From NCBI GenBank assembly GCA_951406725.2, contig OX597822.1, positions 99,820,001 through 99,884,000 of the forward strand: 64,000 nt of DNA. Direction: 5' to 3'. Numbering within the stretch: the stretch's first letter is position 1; every line of letters begins with the position of its first letter. The translations under genes were made by a program, and so were the position numbers. This document shows positions 1 to 10,382 of this stretch, one piece after another. Below the pieces are notes generated by a model that worked only from the letters and a program-made list of their open reading frames with translations, did not search any database and had not been told where the DNA came from. This stretch comes from Octopus vulgaris (lineage: Eukaryota).

Positions 1-52
1 AAGCTACACTGATTGGTTGAAATTGCCGAAATGCAAGAAATTAAACAACAAA

Positions 53-170
53 TACAAACTACAGAATTTTATTTATTTAATTTATTTATTTATTTATTTA
101 ATAACTATAAAGAAATCTTAACAACATAAAACAATATTAAAAATATTTAGCTTACAAACTACAGAATTTT
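53..170 (-). mobile_element. Short 5'-truncated retro-insertion (71-152) with (TAAA)n tail and 18-bp target-site duplication
   Basis: tacaaactacagaatttt at 53-70 and 153-170 flanks an insert that starts with (TTTA)n on +. Confidence 0.6.
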
Positions 171-555
171 CTCAAGAAAGCCAAGAGAAAAAGATGTTTT
201 GTGTAACACACTACCAGTATACAAAGTTTAAAAGTGTTTAGTTACAAAGAAATTATTTTAAAAATCTGCCAGTCAAATATATTGACACTTCCCAACCCCT
301 AGCATTATGCCGGTACTTTATATTATATTATACACACACATTTACATATGTGTGTGTGTGTGCATCTTAAGATAGGATATTGAACTTTAACATTGGTATG
401 AATACTCCAGTTCAGGAAAAGTGCAGAGTGCTCCAATCAAGATCAATGTTTTAACCTGGCCTACATGATATGAAACAGAAAGGATAGGAATAATAATAAT
501 AATAATAACAACAATAATAATAACAATAATAATAACAACAATAATAGTAATAACA

Positions 556-725
556 ATAGTCCTTTCAACTTTAGGCTAAAGGCCTGATATTTTGGAGGAG
601 GGAGTAAGTTGATTACATCAACCCCAGTGTTAAGGTGGTATTTATTCCACTGACCCTAAAAGAATGACCTTGGTGTAATTTGAACCCACAATGTAAAGAC
701 AGACAAAATGCCACTAAGCAAGTTC
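556..725 (-). mobile_element. Old copy of SINE family A (tRNA-derived, Meta-domain-like core)
   Basis: Degenerate match to the reverse complement of 21731-21950; next to an (AAT/AAC)n tract. Confidence 0.6.
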
Positions 726-1001
726 TCCACCTTAGTGATATTTTCTAAAATAGGCATATTTAGGGGTGAAAAAATAGTCACTTGAAGCATCCTTAATACT
801 GGCATATATTTTTTATTGATGCAGGCTATTTTATGGCTAGATTCTTTTTCTGTTGTCAACCATTTCCTGTTTCTAAGCAAGCTAAGATTACTAATGGCCA
901 GAGATTTTTTTGCAGAATACTGGAAATGAATGAAACTGGCTTTATGACAATGACAGTCATTTTACTGTTGTAACAAGGAGAGACAGATATACACACACTC
1001 A

Positions 1002-1004
1002 CAA

Positions 1005-1088
<84 letters not shown>

Positions 1089-1103
1089 ATATATATATGT
1101 ATG

Positions 1104-1168
<65 letters not shown>

Positions 1169-1187
1169 ATATATATATATATGTATG

Positions 1188-1236
<49 letters not shown>

Positions 1237-1295
1237 ATATATATACATACATATATACATACATATATATATACATGTATATATATACATACATG

Positions 1296-1327
<32 letters not shown>

Positions 1328-1357
1328 CATATATATACATGTATATATATATACATA
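1002..1357. repeat. (TA)n/(TATG)n/(TACA)n compound microsatellite
   Basis: Directly visible; source of the YIYI ORFs at 856-1504. Confidence 0.97.
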
Positions 1358-2393
1358 TGTCCCCCTTCCCATAACCATCATCGCCATGGTTCTCTATGCC
1401 CCCCCCCCTTCCCAAAACCATCATCGCCATATATAAAAGAGCGATCGCATTTATCGTTAACCCCACTCGCTTCGAAATATCTAAAGAATACGCACAGATC
1501 ATGAATGGCTAAAAGTTAAGTGAATCGTCCAACCTCGCTACGCCTACCTTCTTTCTTGCACTTATTCTTATTCTTTCTCTATTCTTCAATTTCCATCTCA
1601 TTGTATTGTCCCTCATTCTTTCAGTATTCCCTCATTACCCTGTCTAGCTCAAACATTTTTTTTCGTTTAGACTTGTCTACAGGTTCATAGCCACTCTGAT
1701 TTTTCAATTTTTCGTTTAGTGTTGTCTCCCGATTCATACAAACCCGTTTGCTAGCTCATACGATTAACAGAACCTCTTTACTCAGCTACGGTGTTATATT
1801 AGCTATCAATAATGATATTCCCTCTGATTTTTCTGATTTTCAAACCTATTTATCTAATGTTTATTTATCGACAATGCCGTCCCCAGTCAAATTCCCTCAC
1901 ACCGCTTATTGTCACGTGTCCCTTGACCTCTCTCTAACTAACCCTATCTCTCTCTCTATGTCCCCCCTTCCCATAACCATCATCGCCATGGTTCTCTATG
2001 CCCCCCCCTCCCCAAAACCATCATCGCCATATATAAAAGAGCGATCGCATTTATCGTTAACCCCACTCGCTTCAAAATATCTAAAGAATACGCACAGATC
2101 ATGAATGGCTAAAAGTTAAGTGAATCGTCCAACCTCGCTACGCCTACCTTCTTTCTTGCACTTATTCTTATTCTTTCTCTATTCTTCAATTTCCATCTCA
2201 TTGTATTGTCCCTCATTCTTTCAGTATTCCCTCATTACCCTGTCTAGCTCAAACATTTTTTTTCGTTTAGACTTGTCTACAGGTTCATAGCCACTCTGAT
2301 TTTTCAATTTTTCGTTTAGTGTTGTCTCCCGATTCATACAAACCCATTTGCTAGCTCATACGATTAACAGAACCTCTTTACTCAGCTACGGTG
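1356..2393 (+). repeat. Direct repeat in LINE 5' region: 1356-1793 vs 1957-2393, period 600 bp
   Basis: Lines starting at 1441 and 2041 are nearly identical; only poly-C length differences and about 2 substitutions (1474/2074, 1746/2346). Confidence 0.95.
1425..1439 (+). promoter_or_regulatory. Candidate Pol II promoter motif CGCCAT-A-TATAAAAG (second copy 2025-2039)
   Basis: Canonical TATAAAAG preceded by a YY1-like CGCCAT in each 5' repeat unit; function untested. Confidence 0.35.
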
Positions 2394-2555
2394 CACCCGC
2401 CCTCCCACCCCCAACACGCATGCCGGAAGTTCCTATTCTCTGCCATTCCGGGGTTGCTTCCCATGAAGACTGCAAATGCTCTCACCATCCCTACCCCTAG
2501 TCTCGACCTATGTAAGGTAATGTTCATACAGTGCAAAATATGAAAGGCTAGCGTT

Positions 2556-5500
2556 ATGCAGGTTGTACTGAAGGCTACTTTACTACTTCATTTCTTGCAC
2601 ATGAATTCTGCCAAATGCGAGCTTTCTTTTCAGGTACACGAAGCTACTGTCCACCGTCCCAGGGTCTCTAGAGCCCATGCCTCCCACACCCTCAGGGTTG
2701 GCACCCTCAACGTTGGCACTCTGAAAGGTAGGTCTGGTGAGATAGTTGAGATGCTTGAACGGAGATGTGTGGATATATGTTGCATGCAAGAAATAAGGTG
2801 GAGAGGAGGATCAGCTAGGTTCCTCACAGGCAAGGAACGCAGGTACAAGATTTTCTGGGCAGGGAACACTGACGGGGTTGGTGGCGTGGGTATACTTATC
2901 GCTGAGAAATGGGTAGATAAAGTAATTGAGGTAATCAGAGTATGTGACAGAATACTTAAGATTAGATTAGTGCTTCATCATAGTTTAGCAACCATTATAT
3001 CAGCCTATGCTCCTCAGTCGGGGCTACCCGATGGACAGAAAGACCGATTCTATGACACTCTACTGCAGACTACCTCGTTGACGAACGACAGAGACCTTAT
3101 CTTTGTGGCTGGTGACTTCAATGGTCACGTTGGACGACATGCTGGGGGCTTCCATGGCGTACATGGAGGCTATGGCTATGGCTCCCGCAACGAGGAGGGA
3201 ACCAGGCTGCTGGAGTTCTGCGATGCAAATAATCTTATGATTTGCAACACTAACTTCAGGAAACCTACCAGCCACCTAGTCACTTACCAATCGGGCCAAC
3301 ATACCAGCCAAATTGACTACATCCTTACAAGGCAAAGGGAGAGATGGCTGCTTATAAATGCCAAAACCTTCCCAGGTGAAGAATGTACCCCACAACATAG
3401 ACTGGTAGTTAGTGACTTTAGGATCAGGACTAGGAGGACAACCAGAAGACGACAAATATGGAGAAGAAGGATCTGGAAGCTTAAAGATCCTGCAAATGGA
3501 CAGAGATTTAGGGACATATTACTTGAAGCCTCTGACGAAGTAGAAGGGGATAGAGCATCACAGGGGGTAGAAGACAGCTGGACGTTTCTAAGGGACAACC
3601 TGCTGAGAGCCACTGACCAGATCTGTGGCTGGTGCAAAGTCCCCTCTCGACCTAGAATAACGTGGTGGTGGAACAATATTGTAGACAGGGCTATTAGAGA
3701 AAAGAGACAGGCTTGGAAGGTCTGGAAAAATGGGGGTAGCAGGGGATTGTATCAGACTGCCAAAAGAGAAGCTAGGAGACAGGTTTATTTAGCCAGAGGG
3801 GAAGCAGATAAGAAAAAATTTGCCAATGTTCTGCGCCGTGAGGACCAAAGACTGGAGGTGTTTCGTGTTGCAAGACAGTGTGTGAGAGAGAATCGTGATG
3901 TGGTAGGAGAGAAGTGTGTTCGCATGGAAGATGGTTCACTTGCGCTAAATGAGGATGCAAAGAGAGAGGTTTGGAGATGCCACTATGAAAGGTTGCTGAA
4001 TGAAGAAAATGAATGGGATAAAGAGAGTCTGCCGAATGTTGACCCAACAGAGGGACCAGCTATCCGAGTTGATAGTTCCGTGGTAGCTAAGGCAATTAGA
4101 AGCATGAAGACAGGGAAAGCCCCAGGCCCATCAGGAATCACTGCAGAGATGCTCAAAATGTCTGGTAGTGTCGGCTATAGCCTAGTCACCCGTATAGTTA
4201 ATCAGGTGATACACAAAGGGGTCATACCCAATGACTGGTGTAGCAGTATAATAGTCAACTGCTACAAAGGTAAAGGTGATGCCCTAGATACAAATAACTA
4301 CAGAGGTATCAAGCTGTTGGACCAGGTGATGAAGGTTACGGAGAGGGTCATAGCCCAACTAATTAGAGAGAGAGTTAGTTTAGATGAGATGCAGTTTGGG
4401 TTTGTGCCAGGGAAAAGTACTACTGATGCTATATTCCTGGTAAGGCAGCTGCAGGAGAAATACCTAGCCAAAGATAAGCCCCTGTACCTGGCTTTTGTTG
4501 ACATGGAGAAAGCCTTCGACAGGGTCCCCCGATCCCTTATCTGGTGGGCAATGAGGAAACTAGGGATAGATGAATGGTTAGTGAGAGCTGTGCGGGCCAT
4601 GTATAGGGACGCCGCTAGTAGGGTGAGGGTTGGAAATGTGTACAGTGAAGAATTCCGGGTAGAGGTAGGAGTCCACCAAGGCTCAGTACTCAGCCCCCTC
4701 CTATTTATCATAGTCCTCCAGGCAATAACGGAGGAATTCAAGACAGGATGCCCTTGGGAGCTCCTCTATGCTGATGACCTTGCTCTAATTGCTGAGTCGC
4801 TATCAGAACTGGAGGAGAAGTTTCAGGTGTGGAAACAAGGATTAGAATCGAAGGGCCTCAGAGTCAATCTAGCTAAAACCAAAGTCGTAATCAGTAGGAA
4901 GGTAGACAAATCACAAACACCTTCAGGTAGATGGCCCTGCTCGATCTGTAGAAAAGGTGTAGGTAGAAACTCTATAAGATGCACCAAGTGTAAGCTATGG
5001 ACACATAAGAGATGCAGCAATGTCAAAGGAAGGCTAACTAGGAAGATGGTTTTTGTTTGTGGCAGATGCTCAGGAACAATAAACACTGAAAATGCTCTGA
5101 GACCAACTTCCGTCACTTTCCAGGGAGAAAAACTAGAAATAGTTGATAGTTTCCGTTACCTAGGTGACCAAGTCAGCAGCGGGGGCGGGTGTGCTGAAAG
5201 TGTAACTGCTAGAGTAAGAATAGCTTGGGCAAAGTTCAGAGAGCTCTTACCTCTGCTGGTGACAAAAGGCCTCTCGCACAGAGTGAAAGGCAGACTGTAT
5301 GATGCGTGTGTACGAACAGCCATGCTACATGGCAGTGAAACATGGGCCGTGACTGCTGAGGATATGCGTAAGCTCGCTAGAAATGAAGCCAGTATGCTCC
5401 GATGGATGTGTAATGCCGGTACTCACACTCGGCAGAGTGTAAGTACCTTGAGAGAAAAGCTGGACCTAAGAAGCATCAGTTGTGGTGTGCAAGAGAGGCG

Positions 5501-5723
5501 TTTGCGCTGGTATGGTCATGTGGCGAGAATGGATGAAGATAGTTGTGTGAAAAAGTGCCACACCCTAGCGGTTGAGGGAACCTGTGGAAGAGGCAGACCC
5601 AGGAAAACCTGGGACGAGGTGGTGAAGCACGACCTTCGAACTTTAGGTCTCACTGAGGAAATGACTAGAGACCGAGACCTCTGGAAGTGTGCTGTGCGCG
5701 AGAAGACCCGGCAGGACAAGTGA
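2556..5723 (+). CDS. RTE LINE polyprotein: APE endonuclease + reverse transcriptase with inserted PHD finger (true start may be ATG 2463 via splicing)
   Basis: EN motifs TLNVGTL, QE, SAYAP, GDFN, IDYIL; RT motifs KAPGP, YRGIKLL, QFGF, FVDMEKAFD, GVHQGSVLSP, YADD (4767-4778), FRYLG; no stops or frameshifts. Confidence 0.95.
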   Translation: MQVVLKATLLLHFLHMNSAKCELSFQVHEATVHRPRVSRAHASHTLRVGTLNVGTLKGRSGEIVEMLERRCVDICCMQEIRWRGGSARFLTGKERRYKIFWAGNTDGVGGVGILIAEKWVDKVIEVIRVCDRILKIRLVLHHSLATIISAYAPQSGLPDGQKDRFYDTLLQTTSLTNDRDLIFVAGDFNGHVGRHAGGFHGVHGGYGYGSRNEEGTRLLEFCDANNLMICNTNFRKPTSHLVTYQSGQHTSQIDYILTRQRERWLLINAKTFPGEECTPQHRLVVSDFRIRTRRTTRRRQIWRRRIWKLKDPANGQRFRDILLEASDEVEGDRASQGVEDSWTFLRDNLLRATDQICGWCKVPSRPRITWWWNNIVDRAIREKRQAWKVWKNGGSRGLYQTAKREARRQVYLARGEADKKKFANVLRREDQRLEVFRVARQCVRENRDVVGEKCVRMEDGSLALNEDAKREVWRCHYERLLNEENEWDKESLPNVDPTEGPAIRVDSSVVAKAIRSMKTGKAPGPSGITAEMLKMSGSVGYSLVTRIVNQVIHKGVIPNDWCSSIIVNCYKGKGDALDTNNYRGIKLLDQVMKVTERVIAQLIRERVSLDEMQFGFVPGKSTTDAIFLVRQLQEKYLAKDKPLYLAFVDMEKAFDRVPRSLIWWAMRKLGIDEWLVRAVRAMYRDAASRVRVGNVYSEEFRVEVGVHQGSVLSPLLFIIVLQAITEEFKTGCPWELLYADDLALIAESLSELEEKFQVWKQGLESKGLRVNLAKTKVVISRKVDKSQTPSGRWPCSICRKGVGRNSIRCTKCKLWTHKRCSNVKGRLTRKMVFVCGRCSGTINTENALRPTSVTFQGEKLEIVDSFRYLGDQVSSGGGCAESVTARVRIAWAKFRELLPLLVTKGLSHRVKGRLYDACVRTAMLHGSETWAVTAEDMRKLARNEASMLRWMCNAGTHTRQSVSTLREKLDLRSISCGVQERRLRWYGHVARMDEDSCVKKCHTLAVEGTCGRGRPRKTWDEVVKHDLRTLGLTEEMTRDRDLWKCAVREKTRQDK

Positions 5724-5796
5724 GTCCATAACCTGTGGCCTTCTACATGGGATGGAGCCGGCCTACGTATGCATACCTTCCCTTCTTGGGACACAA

Positions 5797-6167
5797 AACT
5801 CTACTTGTGAAGACGTGTTGAGGCAAGTGAGGATCAGAATCGAAATCGATCAATGGAAATTGCGGATGTGCTACCAGTGCCGGTGGCATGTCAAAACTCT
5901 GCTTGTGAAGACCCGTTGAGGCAAGTGAGGATCAGAATCGAAATCGATCAATGGAAATCGATAAATGGAAATTGCAGATGTGTTACCAGTGCCGGTGGCA
6001 TGTAAGAGAACTTTCCGTTTCGCGACCGTTGCCAGCACCGCCCCGTTTCGTGTCCGTTGCCAGCCTCGCCTGGCCCTCGTGCCGGTGGCACATAAAAAGC
6101 ACCATCCGTTCGTGGCCGTTTGCCAGCTCTGTCTGGCACCAGTGCGGGTGGCACGTAAAAAGCACCC
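5797..6167 (+). repeat. RTE 3'UTR internal repeats (~100-bp duplication plus ~63-bp GTGCCGGTGGCAC..AAAAAGCACC units)
   Basis: ttgaggcaagtgaggatcagaatcgaaatcgatcaatggaaat occurs twice; gtgccggtggca-like motif at about 5877, 5989, 6079, 6142. Confidence 0.85.
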
Positions 6168-6337
6168 ACTACACTCACGGAGTGGTTGGCGTTAGGAAGG
6201 GCATCCAGCCGTAGAAACACTGCCAGATTTGACTGGGCCTGATGAAGCCTTCTGGCTTCACAGACCCCAGTAGAACCGTCCAACCCATGCTAGCATGGAA
6301 AACGGACGCTAAACGATGATGATGATGATGATGATGA

Positions 6338-6372
<35 letters not shown>

Positions 6373-6532
6373 TGTATTTATACACACACACATACATACA
6401 TACCCTGTGTGGTGCAATGTAAAAGAACCAGCACACTCTGTAAAGCGGTTGGCATAGAAAACGAATGTTAAATGATGATGATATGAGTGTGTGTGTGTAT
6501 AAATATATACATATTTATATATAATCAAAAAT

Positions 6533-6700
6533 ATTTGGAGCCAACAAGAAGGAGTACAGTGGTCATCTATTTTCAATCACTACAATAGTTCTCCAGGCAT
6601 AATCAAGTACCTGCATGTCTCAAGAACTATGTTACAGAGAAATAATTGTAGTGATTGAAAATAAATAACCAACTGTACTCCTTCTTGTTGGCCCTAAATT
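6533..6700. repeat. Imperfect inverted repeat, ~55-60-bp arms
   Basis: gccaacaagaaggagtacagt...ttttcaatcactacaat is mirrored by attgtagtgattgaaaa...actgtactccttcttgttggc. Confidence 0.85.
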
Positions 6701-8159
6701 TTTTCAGTTATGTATTCACTCATGACAGAAGTCTGAATGTAAACCTGGAAGTATGTATAATACTACTATTGGATAGCACAGGGTGAAATCTGAAGGTGGA
6801 CGAGATTTATACTGTACTCTACTACGTTCTTAACAGAATATACTATAACTACACACACACACACGTGTATGTGTATGCAGTGTCATTCATTTACAATATT
6901 CTGCAAGCATGTCCTGCCATGGAGAAATATCACCCTGCCTTGAAACAAGTGAGGTTTAGCAACAAACAGGACATCTGGCCATAGAACAATCTACTCCAAT
7001 AAGTTTTGTCTAATCCATTCAAACATGGAAAAAAAAAATGAACGTTAAAACAATGATGATGAAATAAGCATTGAAAGTAGATTGCAGTATGGCCACAATC
7101 CGATCAGTAAAAGCAGTAAAGTGAAAGTGAAAGTTATAATATAGACTACAAAGACTGATTCTTGTGCTCTCTCAGAAATGGATAACAAATCCCTTTCTTC
7201 CACCCCAGGGGGTAAGACTGGCAAATGGGGTGTGAAGTCATGTATGCATACATGGTATTTCATTACAGATTGTTATTCAGTCTACAAATAAGCAGATGAC
7301 CAAAAGAAAATCTATTATAGTCATGTGCTAAAGACAGATTCCTGTGGTGTAAATAATCTGTCACTGTCATACTGTAGTAAGGGGATGGTAAAATGTATGT
7401 GCAATAAAGAGAAAAGGACAGAGAGCCAGAGATTTACACTAATGCTATTGGTACATACACACACTCACACAACTCTGTCTTCTATTTTCTCTATTAAAGG
7501 GTTAAATGCATGGTAAAAGTGTGTTTGTATGTGAGAGAGAGTGAGAGAGAGACAGATTTATAGGAAAGCTACTGTTATATACACAGTCACACACATACAA
7601 ATGCTATTGCTACATATACATGACCAGACAATTATTACCTTATGTGTGTGTGTGAAAGAGAGAAAGAGTATGGAGATGTGTGTATAAGTGTGCACACCAG
7701 TCATATTGCTACTTGGCAATTCTTTCTAATCAAATGGTGGAATATTCACAGGGTCAGCTAGTTCAAGTATAAATCTAACCACCAGACTAAACATAGTCTG
7801 TATAAACAGGAGTGACAAATATACAAATGTTGTATGAATTGAAGAAGTAGTTGCAATACATTTAAACAATAGAAAGATATGAGCTACAGAAATAATTCAT
7901 GAAGGATCATAAAATTCGGAGAAGACAGAATCTAAGAAGATGTCAACGGTTCAGGAAATGTGTGCTGCAGCAGACGATAATTGTTATTCTAAATATTAGA
8001 GAAACTTTCTTGTGATACTGTTGCTTAATTAGGAATACTAATTAAGCGACATTACTGGAAGTACTGAAGTAGTATAGTAGAAATTAACTTCATTTTGCAA
8101 AGGAATTATAAGACACGAGATATAAAATGCAGGTGTGTATATATGTATGCATATATGTA

Positions 8160-8207
<48 letters not shown>

Positions 8208-8209
8208 TG

Positions 8210-8273
<64 letters not shown>

Positions 8274-8618
8274 TATATATAAACCAGCTTAGAGAAGAAG
8301 AAACGAAACAAAACCAAACGAATCGAATCGACGCGAAGACGCTCAGTCATACAATAGTGTAATAAATAAAATATATGCATACATACAAACATATATGTAC
8401 GTACCTACATCTACATGTATATATACATGCATATATAAATATATATACGTGTGTACAGGAAACCACAAATAGACGTAGAACTCAACGAGAAACGAAAACG
8501 TAAAAACAGCATGGAACGGACCATTCCTTTAACAACGAAAAAACAGAGTACAAGACAACTACACAAGGAAAAATCCCCTTCATCAGTCGTCCCTATATAT
8601 ATATGTATATATACATAT

Positions 8619-8675
8619 AACCCATGCCAGCATGGAAAGCGGACGCTAAACGATGATGATGATGATGATGATGAT
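8619..8675 (+). mobile_element. Extremely 5'-truncated RTE 3' tail within (TA)n
   Basis: aacccatgccagcatggaaagcggacgctaaacgatgatg matches 6281-6341. Confidence 0.85.
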
Positions 8676-8693
8676 ATATATATGTTTATATAC

Positions 8694-8743
<50 letters not shown>

Positions 8744-9038
8744 ATGTGTATATATATATATGATAAATAATAGCATTTAAATATTGGGTTAAATATTCAT
8801 GGGATAGAAAAAATTATAAAATAAAAGACATGCTGAAATATAGAAAAAATTTATAAAATAAATAAAAGACACATGCACACACATATATGTACATATATAA
8901 TTGAGCAAAAGTACACCTGATGCCCACCCATCATTTTTTTTTAATGGCTTATTCACTGTTAACTTCCTATGCATATTCTATGTACTATTGATGCAGTTTT
9001 GGTTAGTTTTGCTGATGAGTGGTAGTGCACCTGAGAAC

Positions 9039-9195
9039 TTTTATTAAAGCTACAAAATCATCACAAGACTGTTACTCCCAGTTTCACAATTCAGTTTGTT
9101 GGATAATTGTGACGAAAACTGTCACAACTGTCTGCTGAACAGGAATGTGAAACTCTGAGTAACAATCCTGTGATAATTTTGCAGCCTTAATAAAA
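9039..9195. repeat. Inverted repeat (~75-bp arms), each arm carrying a degenerate hammerhead motif
   Basis: ttttattaaagctacaaaatcatcaca.../...tgtgataattttgcagccttaataaaa; right arm reads tgt-CTGCTGA-aca-ggaa-tgt-GAAAC-tctga-GTA-aca (9129-9164). Confidence 0.8.
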
Positions 9196-9421
9196 TGGAA
9201 TGTTTGGAGTGGTGTTTGTGAGAGATGCAGCATTGAGGATGAATGAAGCCAGCTCAACCCACCCCGGGTGAATGCTGTAAGAAGAAGAAGAAGAAGAAGA
9301 AGAAAGAAGCCTTAATAAAAGCATATTACTCTACCTTTGGTAGTCGAGTACTATTTTTCCCCACCTTGTTTTGCACTTTTGTGCTCACCTGTGTATATGT
9401 GCATATATATATATATATATA

Positions 9422-9607
9422 TAGGGAGAGTTTACGAAAAAAACAAAAGACGAAGACAGGTGGTGTACAAAACAAACAGATGTATTAGTATAACGCTCAG
9501 GAATAGAAAAGTCTTTTACGTTTCGAGCCTACGCTCTTCTACAGAAAGGGACACAGAAAAAACAAGGAGAGAGAAAAAAATGTGTGTAGTGGCTAACGAT
9601 CTATCGT
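9422..9607 (-). mobile_element. Short repeat in (TA)n carrying a minimal hammerhead-like motif (9513-9548); probable Penelope pLTR fragment
   Basis: Minus strand: cttt-CTGTAGA-a-gagc-gtag-gctc-GAAAC-GTA-aaag (stem I cttt/aaag, stem II gagc/gctc, one core deviation). Confidence 0.6.
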
Positions 9608-10317
9608 TTTATATATATATATATACACATGCACATATATATTACTCTAATGATTAATTCTAAACATGGAAAATAACTCTGCAATAATCAAAATTCATTA
9701 AAAAGTGAACGGTCATAATGCAGGGAGATGGGAAGAGTGAGTGGTGCGTCTGATCTTTGGTGTGTTTGGCAAAACCTCCAGACACAACACACTTGGAGAC
9801 AGTTGAATAATCAAATTCCATGTGATGACTGAATATGATGGAAACATTTCAGCTGCAAAAACATTGATGATAACTTCCAATAGTTCGTCGGTATAAAGTG
9901 AGAAACTTTCCTTTATTTAATGCATAAGGAATTTTCGATTCCTTGAATGAATAATGAGGGATAGAAATATTATCTGCAAATAATTTTTAGTATCAATTTT
10001 TGTGGTTTCTCTATTTACAGACTGGTTCAATACATTTACGTGATATATTTCATATGTTTCACTTGACAATTCATTACATGATATACTTAAATTCTTACTA
10101 AAGATCTGAAATCTGAAATTGTGTTAATCTAATGATAAGAATGTGAACTACCCAACATTCACAATATTCAAATTTGCAACATATTCATGGGTTTCTAAAT
10201 ATTGATACTCGTATTTTCCGAATTCAGCTGCTGTTCATTAAACAAATCTAAAATTTATGGTTTCATCATGCATTAAAATTATGTATACATATTTATGTAG
10301 CCATATCTATCTAAATG

Positions 10318-10382
<65 letters not shown>

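Larger units (their letters stand above)
1356..6341 (+). mobile_element. Full-length-looking RTE-clade LINE (5' repeat, single EN-RT ORF, 3'UTR, (GAT)n tail)
   Basis: Single uninterrupted 1055-aa APE+RT ORF with no ORF1; C-terminal ERRLRWYGHVARM...GRGRPRKTW...W motif typical of RTE; (GAT)n tail 6315-6341; (TA)n on both flanks. Confidence 0.93.

Noticed and set aside
856-1504. YIYI/MYVC-type ORFs (also 8090-8780, 27783-28653, 51584-52410, 58133-58451)
   Set aside because: Stop-free frames of TA/TG microsatellites; no protein signal.
3385-3405. Endonuclease SDH motif reads PQH
   Set aside because: To my knowledge a QH variant is common in RTE-clade endonucleases, and the other motifs are intact; not evidence of inactivation.
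6236-6280. CTGATGA followed by hairpin agcc-ttct-ggct in the RTE tail
   Set aside because: No GAAA after the stem, and other copies read ctggtgca; not a hammerhead.
8560-8595. Minus-strand CTGATGAAGGGGATTTTTCC
   Set aside because: No following GAAA/GUH or stem I partner; at most a pLTR fragment.
9700-9975. Possible minus-strand exon after ttatttgcag
   Set aside because: All frames stop within ~40 codons and no donor or homology is recognisable.
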